From an uncultured Candidatus Saccharibacteria bacterium (lineage in GTDB: Bacteria > Patescibacteriota > Minisyncoccia > Phycocordibacterales > JACOZG01): a stretch of 64,000 nucleotides of DNA. A model generated the notes under the pieces. The model made no database searches. It saw only the letters and a program-made list of their open reading frames with translations, and was not told the DNA's origin. Positions 1-9,234 of the stretch are shown piece by piece (the stretch's first letter is position 1; the number at the start of each line of letters is the position of its first letter). The stretch is taken from the NCBI GenBank assembly GCA_964651115.1, contig CAZYXJ010000001.1:213077-277076 (forward strand), written 5' to 3'. The position numbers and the translations under genes were made by a program.

Positions 1-168
1 ACTCCATTACTGCCGCTATCAAACTTCAGCCAACCCATATTAGGTGTCCAAGCCCAACCCTTAACCTCTTGAGTGGTTTGCGCAAAACCAATTCCCCACC
101 AACCAAAAAACAAAAGCACGGCGATCAGCCAGAAAGTTTTCATAGATGATTTAATTGTACACCCTTGC

Positions 169-1161
169 TTAGTCTTCTGCTTCGTCCTTATCCACAACCA
201 CCTGACGCGTACCCGCCGCGGTCTGCTTCAACGCTTCGATCAGTGGGTCTAACTCACCCGCTAAAACTTTTTCAATATTATGCCAAGACTCTTTTAAACG
301 ATGATCCGTAATCCGATCTTGAGCGAAATTATAGGTCCGGATCTTTTCGGAGCGATCGCCCGTACCAATCTGACTGCGACGCTCGCTCGAGAGCGCCGAG
401 GCGGCCGCTTCCGCCTCGGCGGCTTCGATCTTGCTTAACAAAATAGCCAAGGCCTTCTCTTTATTGCGCGCCTGACTCCGCTCACTTTGACAGCGCACCA
501 CTAAACCGGTGGGCTTATGCAAAATTCGAACCGCCGTTTCCACCTTGTTGACGTTTTGGCCGCCAGCGCCACCCGCTCGCGAAGTAATAATTTCCAACTG
601 GGATGGATCAATCGTCACCTTTTGCATCTCTCTAAAGGGCACGACGACCACCGACGCGGTGGAAGTGTGGATCCGACCCTGCTTTTCCGTCGCGGGTACG
701 CGCTGGACGCGATGGACGCCCGTCTCCCAACGCAATTCTTCATAGGCGCCTTCGCCAGAAATTTCGAACGAAGCTTCTTTGTAACCCCCGACTTCGTTTT
801 TCGATTCGTCAGACACGGTAAAGTCCCAGCCGCGACGCTCAGCGTAACGACGGTACATCTCGGCCAGTTCATAGGCAAACAAAGCCGACTCATCGCCACC
901 AGCACCGGCTCGCACCTCCAAAATTATTTTACGAGGTGAAGCCTGCTCGGCCGCGACCTCCTTGGTAACGATCTCCTCCATCTGTTGCCACAAGGTGGCG
1001 GCCAGGGCGTCGAGCGTCATTAACTCCTCGCGCGCCAAATCCGCCATCGAAGGATCGGCGGCGATTAAATTCTCGGTCTCCTGACGGCGAGCTAACACTC
1101 GATCATACTCGAGCGCCAAATACAGCGTCTTGGGATTAGTGCGAAATTGTTCGATAGACAT
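169..1161 (-). CDS. prfA: peptide chain release factor 1
   Basis: 330 aa; GGQ motif ([13 protein letters not shown]) and PAT tripeptide typical of RF1 rather than RF2 (SPF); adjacent to rpmE. Confidence 0.85.
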   Translation of the reverse strand: MSIEQFRTNPKTLYLALEYDRVLARRQETENLIAADPSMADLAREELMTLDALAATLWQQMEEIVTKEVAAEQASPRKIILEVRAGAGGDESALFAYELAEMYRRYAERRGWDFTVSDESKNEVGGYKEASFEISGEGAYEELRWETGVHRVQRVPATEKQGRIHTSTASVVVVPFREMQKVTIDPSQLEIITSRAGGAGGQNVNKVETAVRILHKPTGLVVRCQSERSQARNKEKALAILLSKIEAAEAEAAASALSSERRSQIGTGDRSEKIRTYNFAQDRITDHRLKESWHNIEKVLAGELDPLIEALKQTAAGTRQVVVDKDEAED

Positions 1162-1401
1162 CTACTCCGCGCGCTTCGCGGTGGTAGTGGAAGGAGACTT
1201 GGCTCGCGCGCGGCGGGCCTTAAACTTCTCTACCCGACCAGCGGCGTCCAAAACCTTTTCCATGCCGGTATAAAAAGGATGGCAGGCACTGCAAATTTCC
1301 ACTTCCAGTTTTTCCCGGGTGGATCCAACGGTAAAGGTCGCGCCACAAGCGCAAGTCACCTTAGCCGCTGGGTAATATTGGGGGTGAATCTCTTTCTGCA
1401 T
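1162..1401 (-). CDS. rpmE: 50S ribosomal protein L31
   Basis: 79 aa, [10 protein letters not shown]-terminus, two CxxC pairs (zinc ribbon) as in L31. Confidence 0.85.
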   Translation of the reverse strand: MQKEIHPQYYPAAKVTCACGATFTVGSTREKLEVEICSACHPFYTGMEKVLDAAGRVEKFKARRARAKSPSTTTAKRAE

Positions 1402-1424
1402 AGTGTCGGGATTATAGCAGTGAT

Positions 1425-2759
1425 TTATAAATTTTGCAAAGGATTAATCATATTCTCCTGAATATCGGCCGCCTTGGTCATTACCTGATTGCCATAGAAG
1501 GTGTTGGCTGGAGCCCGGTCATCGCAAGGCCGGCCAGAATAATAGCGACAAGCCGCGTTACGCTCGGCCGTAAAACCGCCCGCTCCAGCACCCAAATCCG
1601 CCAAGTACAAAGAGGAGGCCATAAAAGCGTCGGCTGGCTCCCAGGGGTCGGCCGTCTTTTTACCTAAAGCGCTGGCGATCCTCGTTTTAAACAATTCCCA
1701 GGTCGAAGGGATAAATTGCGCTGGCCCCATGGCGCCACCCCAACCGCCGCCCCACGGACACGAGAGGGGCAGACCCTCCGGGCTAATTCCTAACTCACCG
1801 ACGATCCGCAAGAACGGCGCGTGGTCGCGAGTCGGCTTCATGATGGCTTGCCACTGCTTTTCCGGTGGATCGCCAGGACGATTACAGGTCCCGACGTTCT
1901 GGCCCAGGTTGGACTCTTGAGTCAGAATGGCCAGAACTAAAGCGGCCCGGACCCCCGTCTTTTCGGCGGCGGCCGTGGCATATTCCAAAGCCTTACCAAA
2001 CGGGATCGCCGCCGAGTCTCGCAGGGCAAAGAGCGCGGCCCTAATCTGAGCGGCGCGCTTTTGGCGTTCGGCTAAAATCGTCTTGTACGCCGCCTCTTGA
2101 GTCTTGTTAACGCTGAGCAAAACTTGCTTGTCTTTCTCTTTGGCTTGGATAGTTCGCTGTTCGGCCTCAATTAACTTCTGCGCGTCGAGCTCCTTATTTT
2201 TGCGTTCTTCGAGGGCCGCCTTCTCGCGCCGAGCATCCTCTTGGGCTCCGCGCATCTCGGTAAAAGCATCGTGAATTGAACGTTGCACGAAAGCAAAATC
2301 ATCTACGTCAGTAAAAAAATCAGACAACTGACTGTTGTCGAGCAAAATTTCGACAAAAGAAGCGTTGTCAAAGTCGCGGGTCTTACGCAATAACTCGCCG
2401 AGCGAACCCTGCTCCCGTTTAATTTTTTGGGCCAAAGTTTCGATCTTACCTTCGCGCGCGACAATATCGTCCGCCAAACGCGAGACCTGAACTTGCTTGG
2501 CCTTGATACTAGTCTGCGCTCGCTGGATCTGCGACTTAAGCAAATCAATTTCGCCTTGGACGGTAGCAGTATCGCGCTGTTTGGCTTGGAGCAACTTGGT
2601 CTGTTCGGCAATCGCCCGCTCCTCGGCCTCCAGCTCGGCCTGCAACCGCGCGCGACGCGCCTCAATCTCCTCCACACTCTGCGCGCCAACTGGCCGACTA
2701 ATCGCCACCGCGCCAGTTAGCGCCAACACCAACCCAAAAAAAATAATCCCCCGTCTCAT
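1425..2759 (-). CDS. secreted coiled-coil protein with C-terminal lytic transglycosylase-like domain
   Basis: ATG at 2759 gives the signal-like N-terminus [19 protein letters not shown]; long Q/E/K/R-rich coiled coil; C-terminal ES..G...[13 protein letters not shown] motif resembles MltB/family-3 lytic transglycosylases. The ORF-track N-terminal Arg-rich extension to 2945 overlaps rplY in another frame and was trimmed. Confidence 0.6.
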   Translation of the reverse strand: MRRGIIFFGLVLALTGAVAISRPVGAQSVEEIEARRARLQAELEAEERAIAEQTKLLQAKQRDTATVQGEIDLLKSQIQRAQTSIKAKQVQVSRLADDIVAREGKIETLAQKIKREQGSLGELLRKTRDFDNASFVEILLDNSQLSDFFTDVDDFAFVQRSIHDAFTEMRGAQEDARREKAALEERKNKELDAQKLIEAEQRTIQAKEKDKQVLLSVNKTQEAAYKTILAERQKRAAQIRAALFALRDSAAIPFGKALEYATAAAEKTGVRAALVLAILTQESNLGQNVGTCNRPGDPPEKQWQAIMKPTRDHAPFLRIVGELGISPEGLPLSCPWGGGWGGAMGPAQFIPSTWELFKTRIASALGKKTADPWEPADAFMASSLYLADLGAGAGGFTAERNAACRYYSGRPCDDRAPANTFYGNQVMTKAADIQENMINPLQNL

Positions 2760-2802
2760 GTGGGGATTATTATAACAAATTTCTCTCGGCTGGTAACGAG
2801 GA

Positions 2803-3450
2803 TTAGGCAGCCGTGGCGGCCTCCTCGCCCTCCTCCACCTTCTTACCCTTCTTCTCAACCTCGATGGCCGAGAGATCAACTGGCGCCGTCTCAATTGGCT
2901 CATCCTTCGCGACAGCAATCGAAGCCACCACCTCCTCCGGGGCACTGAGAACCGTCACATCTTTGGGTACGCTCAAGTCCGAAACCAAAATTTGGCTGTC
3001 CAAAGAAACTAATTTAGAAATATCAACCTCAATATCGTGAGGAATGTTCATTGGCAAAACTTCTACTTCCAATTCGTAAAGCACCTTAACCAAAGTACCA
3101 CCGAGATCCTTAACGGCGGAGGCCACGCCCTCGAAGCGGAGGGGCACATTAACCTTAACCGTCTTGGTCTTATCGACAGCGTAGAGATCGGCGTGCAGAG
3201 GCTCGCCGCTCACGGGATGAACCATCACGTCATGGATCAAAACGTCGGCCTTAACCTCGCCGGCATCAATCGTTACCATACTCGACTCACCAGCCGTGGC
3301 GAGCAATTTTTTGAACTCCTTAGTATTAAGAAGAAGAGAGGTGGTCTCCTGCTTAGGACCATACAAAACCGCAGGCATTTGACCAGCTAATCGGACACTC
3401 TTGAGCTTTTTGCCGAAGACAGAACGCTTTTCGGCCATAATTTTTTGCAT
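2803..3450 (-). CDS. rplY: 50S ribosomal protein L25 / general stress protein Ctc
   Basis: 215 aa; L25/Ctc-like N-terminal beta-barrel region (PAVLYG...VNVPLRF) and acidic C-terminal tail; start may be M5. Confidence 0.7.
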   Translation of the reverse strand: MQKIMAEKRSVFGKKLKSVRLAGQMPAVLYGPKQETTSLLLNTKEFKKLLATAGESSMVTIDAGEVKADVLIHDVMVHPVSGEPLHADLYAVDKTKTVKVNVPLRFEGVASAVKDLGGTLVKVLYELEVEVLPMNIPHDIEVDISKLVSLDSQILVSDLSVPKDVTVLSAPEEVVASIAVAKDEPIETAPVDLSAIEVEKKGKKVEEGEEAATAA

Positions 3451-3497
3451 GACAGATAGTATAGCGAAAAGCGGCCAGATGTCAAAATCAGTGGACC

Positions 3498-4475
3498 TTA
3501 AGCGGCCGTCACCAAATTGGGCGGCGTCTGGCCCGCCAGCGCCGCCAAAATATTGTCGGCCGCCAAACGAGCCATGTCGTCTCGGGTCTCAAAAGTAGCG
3601 GAGGCAATGTGTGGCGTTAAAACGACGTTAGGTAAATCCTTCAACCCCGCCGCCAGAGTGGGCTCATTTTCATAAACATCCAAGCCCGCACCGGCGATCT
3701 GGCCAGAACGCAAGGCCTCCACCAGCGCGGCCTCGTCAATCACCGGACCACGAGCCGTATTTACGATTACCGCACTCGGCTTCATTAACGCCAGCCGCTC
3801 GCGATTAATCAAATGGCGCGTCTCGGGCGTCAGATTAACGTGGAGCGAAACGTAATCCGCCACCGTCAACACCTCCTCCACCGTAGACTTAAACTCAGCG
3901 CCAAATTCTTTCTCAAATTCTTCGTTCCGCTTAACGTCAAAGTAGACCACCTTCATGCCAAAACCGCGGGACGCAAAGTGAGCCAACTTAGAACCAATCC
4001 GACCGGCGCCGACAATGCCAAGCGTCCGGCCATAAAGATCTGGGGTCAAAAAAATCATTGGCGCCCAGCCGACATACTTGCCGTCGCGGACAAATTGATC
4101 CGCCTCGACGATCCGCCGCCCCACCGCCACCAGAAGAGCCAAGGCATGCTCAGCGACGCTCTGACTGGTCGAGGGCGCGGGCGTGTTGGTGATCATCACG
4201 CCACGCTTTTTGGCCTCAACCAGATCAACGTTATCAAAACCCACCGCGTAGTTAGCAAAAATCTTCGCTGTCGGGACGGCCTCAAAAACTTCGGCATCAA
4301 TCTTGTCGGTCAAGAGCGGTAAAACGGCGTCATACGGCTTAGCCCGAAGCGCGGTTAATAACTCCTCGCGCGAGAGAAGGCCATCCTTAGGGCTCACGTC
4401 CACCTCGTGCCCCTTCTCGCGCAACATCTGTTCTGCCAAATCCGGAATTTTCCGGGTAATGTAAATTTTTCCCAT
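3498..4475 (-). CDS. D-isomer-specific 2-hydroxyacid dehydrogenase (glycerate/hydroxypyruvate reductase-like)
   Basis: 325 aa; NAD-binding GxGxxG (GIVGAGRIGSKLA); catalytic-domain layout of the D-2-hydroxyacid dehydrogenase family. Confidence 0.75.
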   Translation of the reverse strand: MGKIYITRKIPDLAEQMLREKGHEVDVSPKDGLLSREELLTALRAKPYDAVLPLLTDKIDAEVFEAVPTAKIFANYAVGFDNVDLVEAKKRGVMITNTPAPSTSQSVAEHALALLVAVGRRIVEADQFVRDGKYVGWAPMIFLTPDLYGRTLGIVGAGRIGSKLAHFASRGFGMKVVYFDVKRNEEFEKEFGAEFKSTVEEVLTVADYVSLHVNLTPETRHLINRERLALMKPSAVIVNTARGPVIDEAALVEALRSGQIAGAGLDVYENEPTLAAGLKDLPNVVLTPHIASATFETRDDMARLAADNILAALAGQTPPNLVTAA

Positions 4476-4487
4476 TTATTAATTGTA

Positions 4488-5504
4488 TCATAAGGATTCA
4501 ATTTTTCTTCTAAGTTTCCAACCATTGCCGTGATCCAATAAACCCAAATATGATTGAACTGTCTCCGACTTAACTCCTGCTTTATTTATCCGTTTAAACA
4601 TTCGTCGTCTTGTCATAGTCCGCAGAACACGATGTTTTGAAAATTGGACCCACCCTAGAAAATCAACACCAGAGGAAACTCGCTCGAGAAGAATTTTGTT
4701 GGGATGAAACTCTAACTTCAGTTTCTCTTTTAAGAATTCGGCAATTTCGGGTGCGAGCTTGACTAGACGATCTTTATCGCGACCAACAATGACAAAATCG
4801 TCCGCGTAGCGAAGATAATGCCTCGCTTTCAAGCTATGCTTCATAAACTGATCGAGCTCGTTTAGATAAACATTGGCAAAAAGTTGGGAAGTAAGATTAC
4901 CGAGAGGCAGGCCCTGGCCGGGTACGCCCGAATTAAAACTGTAAATTATTTTCTCGATCAGCCAGATAATACCCTGGTCAGGAATCTTTTTCCTCAATAA
5001 ATCGATCAGTATTGCTCGATCGATGCTAGCAAAAAATTTGCGAATGTCACACTTCAAAACCCAAACCATTTTGGTGTTGTTTCGAGAAAGCTTGGCCGTA
5101 ATTAGGGCAAATTTTTTAATTGCTTTGTGAGTACCTTTTCCGTTGCGACAAGAATAGGAGTCAGAAATAAATCTTGGATGGAAAAACCAGTAAAGCCGGC
5201 GATAAACGGCTCGATGTAAAACCCGATCACGCACGGATGCCTTATGGATCACTCGCCGCTTGGGGTCGTTAATGATGAAAACTTTGTAAGCCGAATGATG
5301 GTATGTCTTAGCCACTAAATCCTCGTGAAGTGAAATAATGTTGGCCATCAGGTTTCGTTCAAATTCCTGCACGTCTTTTCGATTCCGTTTCCCTCTCACG
5401 AATTCCTGCCAGGCCGCGAGCAGATTAGCGAGCGAGACGATATTGTCATATTTTATGGTAGGTGCTATCTTGGCCGAAAATGCTACCGGTAAGCCCCCCC
5501 CCAA
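4488..5504 (-). CDS. diversity-generating retroelement (DGR) reverse transcriptase
   Basis: 338 aa; RT motifs including RYADDFVIV (YADD) and DGR-type motif-4 LGNLTSQ (group II intron RTs have QG...SP); no maturase/X domain; lies next to a TR/VR pair with adenine-specific mismatches. Apparent TTG start is followed immediately by a G9 run. Confidence 0.85.
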   Translation of the reverse strand: MGGGLPVAFSAKIAPTIKYDNIVSLANLLAAWQEFVRGKRNRKDVQEFERNLMANIISLHEDLVAKTYHHSAYKVFIINDPKRRVIHKASVRDRVLHRAVYRRLYWFFHPRFISDSYSCRNGKGTHKAIKKFALITAKLSRNNTKMVWVLKCDIRKFFASIDRAILIDLLRKKIPDQGIIWLIEKIIYSFNSGVPGQGLPLGNLTSQLFANVYLNELDQFMKHSLKARHYLRYADDFVIVGRDKDRLVKLAPEIAEFLKEKLKLEFHPNKILLERVSSGVDFLGWVQFSKHRVLRTMTRRRMFKRINKAGVKSETVQSYLGLLDHGNGWKLRRKIESL

Positions 5505-5513
5505 CCGAAGTTA

Positions 5514-5906
5514 TTGCCTCTTTTGCAAAAGGTGAAGATTGCATACTTATTGTGGTATGAATATTACCAAATTTTGCCAAAAACACATCGACACTCACTC
5601 GGTAAGAAAATTGATACGTTGTGGATCGAGATTATCGAAGCCATTGCGATTGCAAGCTATTTAGGCAAAGGAGAGAAACAACCCTGGGTGAGATTGGCAA
5701 TAAGGAAAACTGATACACTCAAGATATTGCTCTTGGTACTTTGGGAAACTAAATCACTGGATAATAAAAAATATATCGCCCTGTCTTTACCCCTGGAGGA
5801 AATTGGCAAAATGCTTGGCGGTTGGAATGGGCAAATTTTGAGACAATTACAACAAGAACAATTAAAGAAAAACTCTCCCACCAAAGCAGGAGAGAAAATG
5901 AAGTGA
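5514..5906 (+). CDS. Avd-like accessory variability determinant (four-helix-bundle / 23S rRNA IVS protein family)
   Basis: 130 aa basic helical protein; ...PKTHRHSLGKK...LSLPLEEIGKMLGGW parallels BPP-1 Avd (…PRKHGVAREM…VLIAEVGRILGSW). Its 3' end is 2 bp from the TR and its start is 9 bp from the RT start, but it is on the opposite strand. Confidence 0.55.
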   Translation: MPLLQKVKIAYLLWYEYYQILPKTHRHSLGKKIDTLWIEIIEAIAIASYLGKGEKQPWVRLAIRKTDTLKILLLVLWETKSLDNKKYIALSLPLEEIGKMLGGWNGQILRQLQQEQLKKNSPTKAGEKMK

Positions 5907-5907
5907 G

Positions 5908-6029
5908 TTGCGACGAAACGCAAACCAGTCATTGGAGTTACCGTAGTTCTCGAGCCAGTTGAGGTTCGCCTTGCGCCTCGAGTCGTTCCACCAAACGTTG
6001 CACGCCTGGCGATCGCCATCGAAGAAATA
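5908..6029 (-). repeat. DGR template repeat (TR)
   Basis: 122 bp matching 6408-6529 at exactly +500 bp. The 22 mismatches all fall where this copy has T on the plus strand (A on the minus/sense strand); 22 of 27 TR adenines are substituted and no non-adenine position differs. Confidence 0.85.
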
Positions 6030-6388
6030 GTGTAAGGTGTCATCCGAGTCACCATCTCTTGTCGCCAACACAGGACGATTCGAGATCGAATATTATTCGG
6101 CATCTATAATGCCCTAGCACTCTACACCAAGTAGCTTCATTTTTTATTGAAGGATCTGCGTAAATCCTCCGTCGGAAATCGTAATCGCCGACGCTCTCAA
6201 TTTACAGACACTGGTTTCAGTAGCGAGCAACCCTGATCGCCCACATATTCACCTACTCCCGTCTTTAATTTTAGCAAAGAAAAATCCCACACGCGAAGTG
6301 TAGGATTCCATTGTTTACGTTTTGGATTACGTTTGGCAAAAATTGCCGAAGAGCAAAATCCAAAGGATCTGAAAAATCTCCAAGGACC

Positions 6389-7048
6389 TTAGGCCTGAGG
6401 ACGAAGCTTGCGACGAAACGCAAACCAGTCACCGGAGCGACCGCAGACCTCGAGCCAGCAGAGGCGCGCCCCGCGCCCCGAGTCGCCCCACCAAACGCGG
6501 CACGCCAGGCGAACGCCAACGAAGAAACACTCCTTGGTGGCCACCACATACATCGGGTCTAATCCCAGTTCCCGATGAAGAGTGGGATAATGTTCGCCAA
6601 TAGCGAACACTTCTCGTGGGTCAGTGCGCTCGAGTCCGAACTGCTCCGCCCAAGCGATAGCCTTGCTCCAGTTGCCACCCCGTGGGAAGTTGAGAAGGAT
6701 GATTTCCTCCTCTTCTTCCACACCTTCTCCCGGCGGATACTGGTCGCCCACCTTCCGGACGTTGTAGTCCAAAGGAGTGTTGGGACCGGCGGCATTCAGC
6801 GCTTCCGACCACTTGCGTCCTTTGTTGAAGCGAACGCGGATCGTGTGGATGCGAGCGCCCGGTGGCGGGATAAGCGGTAAGCCAATGGTGATCGGTAGCC
6901 CAGCCTCGATTCCATCGAGAACACGACCCAGAGTTCCATCGTCAAGTGCCGTTTGCAGGCGGGCTCGACTCATCTTTTTGTCCCGTACCATTTGAACAAA
7001 CTGTCTTCCCTGACCATCGGTCGCGGTTACAACCTTTTCAGTGGTCAT
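6389..7048 (-). CDS. DGR variable (target) protein, small C-type-lectin-like target
   Basis: 219 aa; VR occupies the last ~40 codons, ending 17 bp before the stop; the C-terminal W/G/R-rich segment is consistent with a CLec/FGE-like ligand-binding fold (not verified); no obvious signal peptide. Confidence 0.7.
   Translation of the reverse strand: MTTEKVVTATDGQGRQFVQMVRDKKMSRARLQTALDDGTLGRVLDGIEAGLPITIGLPLIPPPGARIHTIRVRFNKGRKWSEALNAAGPNTPLDYNVRKVGDQYPPGEGVEEEEEIILLNFPRGGNWSKAIAWAEQFGLERTDPREVFAIGEHYPTLHRELGLDPMYVVATKECFFVGVRLACRVWWGDSGRGARLCWLEVCGRSGDWFAFRRKLRPQA
6408..6529 (-). repeat. DGR variable repeat (VR) at the 3' end of the target gene
   Basis: Counterpart of the TR. Encodes ...RVWWGDSGRGARLCWLEVCGRSGDWFAFRRK versus the TR-encoded NVWWNDSRRKANLNWLENYGNSNDWFAFRRN; TR AAC/AAT/AAA codons correspond to the variable residues. 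Confidence 0.85.
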
Positions 7049-7203
7049 AACTATACCTTTCTTAACATGCCCCCTTTAAGCCCCAGCCACAAGCTGAGAC
7101 CAGAAGCGGGCAAAATGCGTGTTTTACATCAAAGAACTACATTTATAATATACACTCATTTATGCCGAGTTGTCAAGCCGGCTGAATCTGCTAGAATATG
7201 GCT

Positions 7204-8067
7204 CTAAATGTGGCTAAAAAGTTTTAATTTTTGCTCAACGAGCTTGGTCATTGCCGCCAGGGCTGGCTTTAAGAATTTGCAAGGCGCAACCTCATCAGGA
7301 TTTTCTTGCAACGATAGTTTAAGGCCGTCGCGGTAAGCCACGCGCAGCTCGGTATTGATGTGGACAACGGCAACACCACCCTCGATCGCGCCACGAAAAT
7401 CGCTCTCGCTATTACCCGAGCCGCCATGCAGAACCAGAGGCACACCCGCCGCCGCCCGGATGGCGGCAATACGCGCCAGATCGAGCTTGGGATCAGGTCG
7501 GCCGCGCAACATCCCGTGGATGTTGCCGACGGCTGGCGCCAAAAGGTCAACGCCCGTGGCCACCACAAACTCGGCGGCCTGCTCGGGCTTAGTCAGATCG
7601 TCACCGAGCGCGGCGCCAGCCGGCACCTCGTCGAGCACCTTCGACGAGGTGCCAATATAACCCAGCTCGCCCTCCACCAGCACGTCCCGACCACTAGAAT
7701 GCGCGTACTCCACCACCTTACGAGCGGTCGCCACATTCTCCTCAAACGGTAATTGCGCGCCGTCAAAAATAACCGCGTCAAAACCAGCGTCAATGGCCTC
7801 GACTGCTCGCTCGTAAGAATAAGTATGGTCGGCATTAAGAAAAATCGGGTAGGCAAATTGTTCGCGCAGACTCTTAACCAACGTCGCGATCTGCCGAACG
7901 CCAATAAAGTCTCGCTCGCCCTCCGAAACGCCGATGATCACCGGCAGAGAGAGAGCGCGCGCGGCATTAAATACTGCCCAGACCGCATTAGAATCCGAAA
8001 TATTAAAATGCCCCACCGCCACCCGACGCTCCGCCGCCTCTAGAATGTATTCTCGTAACGTTTTCAT
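7204..8067 (-). CDS. fba: class II fructose-bisphosphate aldolase
   Basis: Class II FBA/tagatose-bisphosphate aldolase family motifs (HFNISD..., ADHTYS, metal-binding His). Start placed at the ATG (MKTLREYILEAA); the ORF-track upstream extension looks spurious. Confidence 0.75.
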   Translation of the reverse strand: MKTLREYILEAAERRVAVGHFNISDSNAVWAVFNAARALSLPVIIGVSEGERDFIGVRQIATLVKSLREQFAYPIFLNADHTYSYERAVEAIDAGFDAVIFDGAQLPFEENVATARKVVEYAHSSGRDVLVEGELGYIGTSSKVLDEVPAGAALGDDLTKPEQAAEFVVATGVDLLAPAVGNIHGMLRGRPDPKLDLARIAAIRAAAGVPLVLHGGSGNSESDFRGAIEGGVAVVHINTELRVAYRDGLKLSLQENPDEVAPCKFLKPALAAMTKLVEQKLKLFSHI

Positions 8068-8109
8068 GCCAAAAGTATACCACAGCCACTGCATGATATA
8101 CTGGAGGAC

Positions 8110-9108
8110 ATGGACACGACAGAACAATTTGACTTTATCGCCATCGGCGACATTACCACCGACGCTTTTATCCGAATTAAAGAGGCCGATATCCATTGCC
8201 AGGTCAACAAAGCGGATTGCCAGATCTGCATGCGCTTCGGCGACAAGATCCCCTATGAGTCCGTCACCGTCGTCCCGGCAGTAGGCAACTCGCCCAACGC
8301 CGCCACCAGCGCTGCTCGGCTTGGACTCAAGACCGCCCTCGTCACCAATCTAGGCGCGGATCGCGACGGCGATGAGGCGCTCGCCGAGCTAACCAAAAAC
8401 GGCATCAACGCCACCTTCGTCGCTCGCCACGCCGACAAAAAAACTAATTACCACTACGTCCTGTGGTATCACGACGACCGCACCATCCTCATCAAACACG
8501 AAGAGTATCCTTACCGCTTACCCGAGATCGGCACGCCCCGCTGGATCTATCTCAGCTCGCTGGGTGAAAATTCTCTGCCCTTCCAACACGAGATCGCTGA
8601 TTATGTGAAAAAAAATCCCTTAATCAAACTCGCCTTCCAGCCGGGCACTTTCCAGATTAAAAATAGCCGTGAGCTGGCCGACGTCTATGCCGTGACGGAA
8701 ATCTTTTTCTGTAACGTTGAGGAGGCCAAACGCATTCTCGGCACCACGGCAGGCGAAATAAAAGAGCTTCTCACTGGTCTCGCCGCCCTCGGCCCCAAGA
8801 TCGTGATCATTACTGATGGCGCGCGCGGCGCTTATGCCTACTCGGCCGAAACGGGCGCCTGGTTTATGCCACCTTATCCTGATCCCAAACCACCCCTAGA
8901 GCGCACTGGCGCCGGGGACTCTTTTGCCTCAACCGTGACGGCCGCTCTCGCGCTTGGCAAAACTCTGCCCGAAGCCCTAGCGTGGGGACCAATCAACTCG
9001 ATGTCGGTTGTCCAACACGTCGGCGCGCAAGCCGGCCTCCTGCCTCGATCGGAATTGGAACGCTACTTAGGCCAAGCGCCGACAGATTACACCGCCCGAC
9101 CGCTGTAA
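8110..9108 (+). CDS. PfkB-family carbohydrate kinase (ribokinase-like)
   Basis: 332 aa; N-terminal FIAIGDITTD motif and C-terminal GAGDSFA signature of the PfkB family; TATACT -10 and GGAGGA RBS immediately upstream. Confidence 0.75.
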   Translation: MDTTEQFDFIAIGDITTDAFIRIKEADIHCQVNKADCQICMRFGDKIPYESVTVVPAVGNSPNAATSAARLGLKTALVTNLGADRDGDEALAELTKNGINATFVARHADKKTNYHYVLWYHDDRTILIKHEEYPYRLPEIGTPRWIYLSSLGENSLPFQHEIADYVKKNPLIKLAFQPGTFQIKNSRELADVYAVTEIFFCNVEEAKRILGTTAGEIKELLTGLAALGPKIVIITDGARGAYAYSAETGAWFMPPYPDPKPPLERTGAGDSFASTVTAALALGKTLPEALAWGPINSMSVVQHVGAQAGLLPRSELERYLGQAPTDYTARPL

Positions 9109-9121
9109 AAAATTTGGCATT

Positions 9122-9154
9122 AAAAAACCCGTCGCTCCCAAGCGACGGGTTTTG
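9122..9154. terminator. bidirectional rho-independent terminator
   Basis: aaaaaa-cccgtcgc-tcccaa-gcgacggg-tttt hairpin downstream of the PfkB kinase gene. Confidence 0.5.
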
Positions 9155-9234
9155 GGTTGGCGGAAGAGTGCTTCTTTCCCAACCGCCATTTCTTCTCCGG
9201 AAAGCACCTACAACGAGACGATCAGGACACCACT

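Noticed and set aside
2760-2945. Arg-rich N-terminal extension of the transglycosylase ORF to 2945
   Set aside because: It overlaps the rplY C-terminus on the same strand in another frame. The internal ATG at 2759 yields a proper signal peptide.
4488-5504. Group II intron or retron interpretation of the reverse transcriptase
   Set aside because: There is no maturase/X or endonuclease domain, and no recognisable intron RNA domains V/VI flanking it. The protein has the SQ rather than the SP motif, and the adenine-specific TR/VR pair next door is diagnostic for a DGR.
5657-6103. 148-aa and 69-aa minus-strand ORFs (5657-6103, 5862-6071) overlapping the DGR template repeat
   Set aside because: They are read-through translations of the TR and its spacer. 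The TR is a non-coding template. Their protein-like appearance is inherited from homology to the VR coding region.
6271-6795. Alternative-frame ORFs (6271-6549, 6559-6795, 6621-6812, 6575-6880) inside the DGR target gene
   Set aside because: These are GC-rich frame artefacts fully contained in the 6389-7048 coding region. The in-frame VR translation matches the TR translation only in the 219-aa frame.
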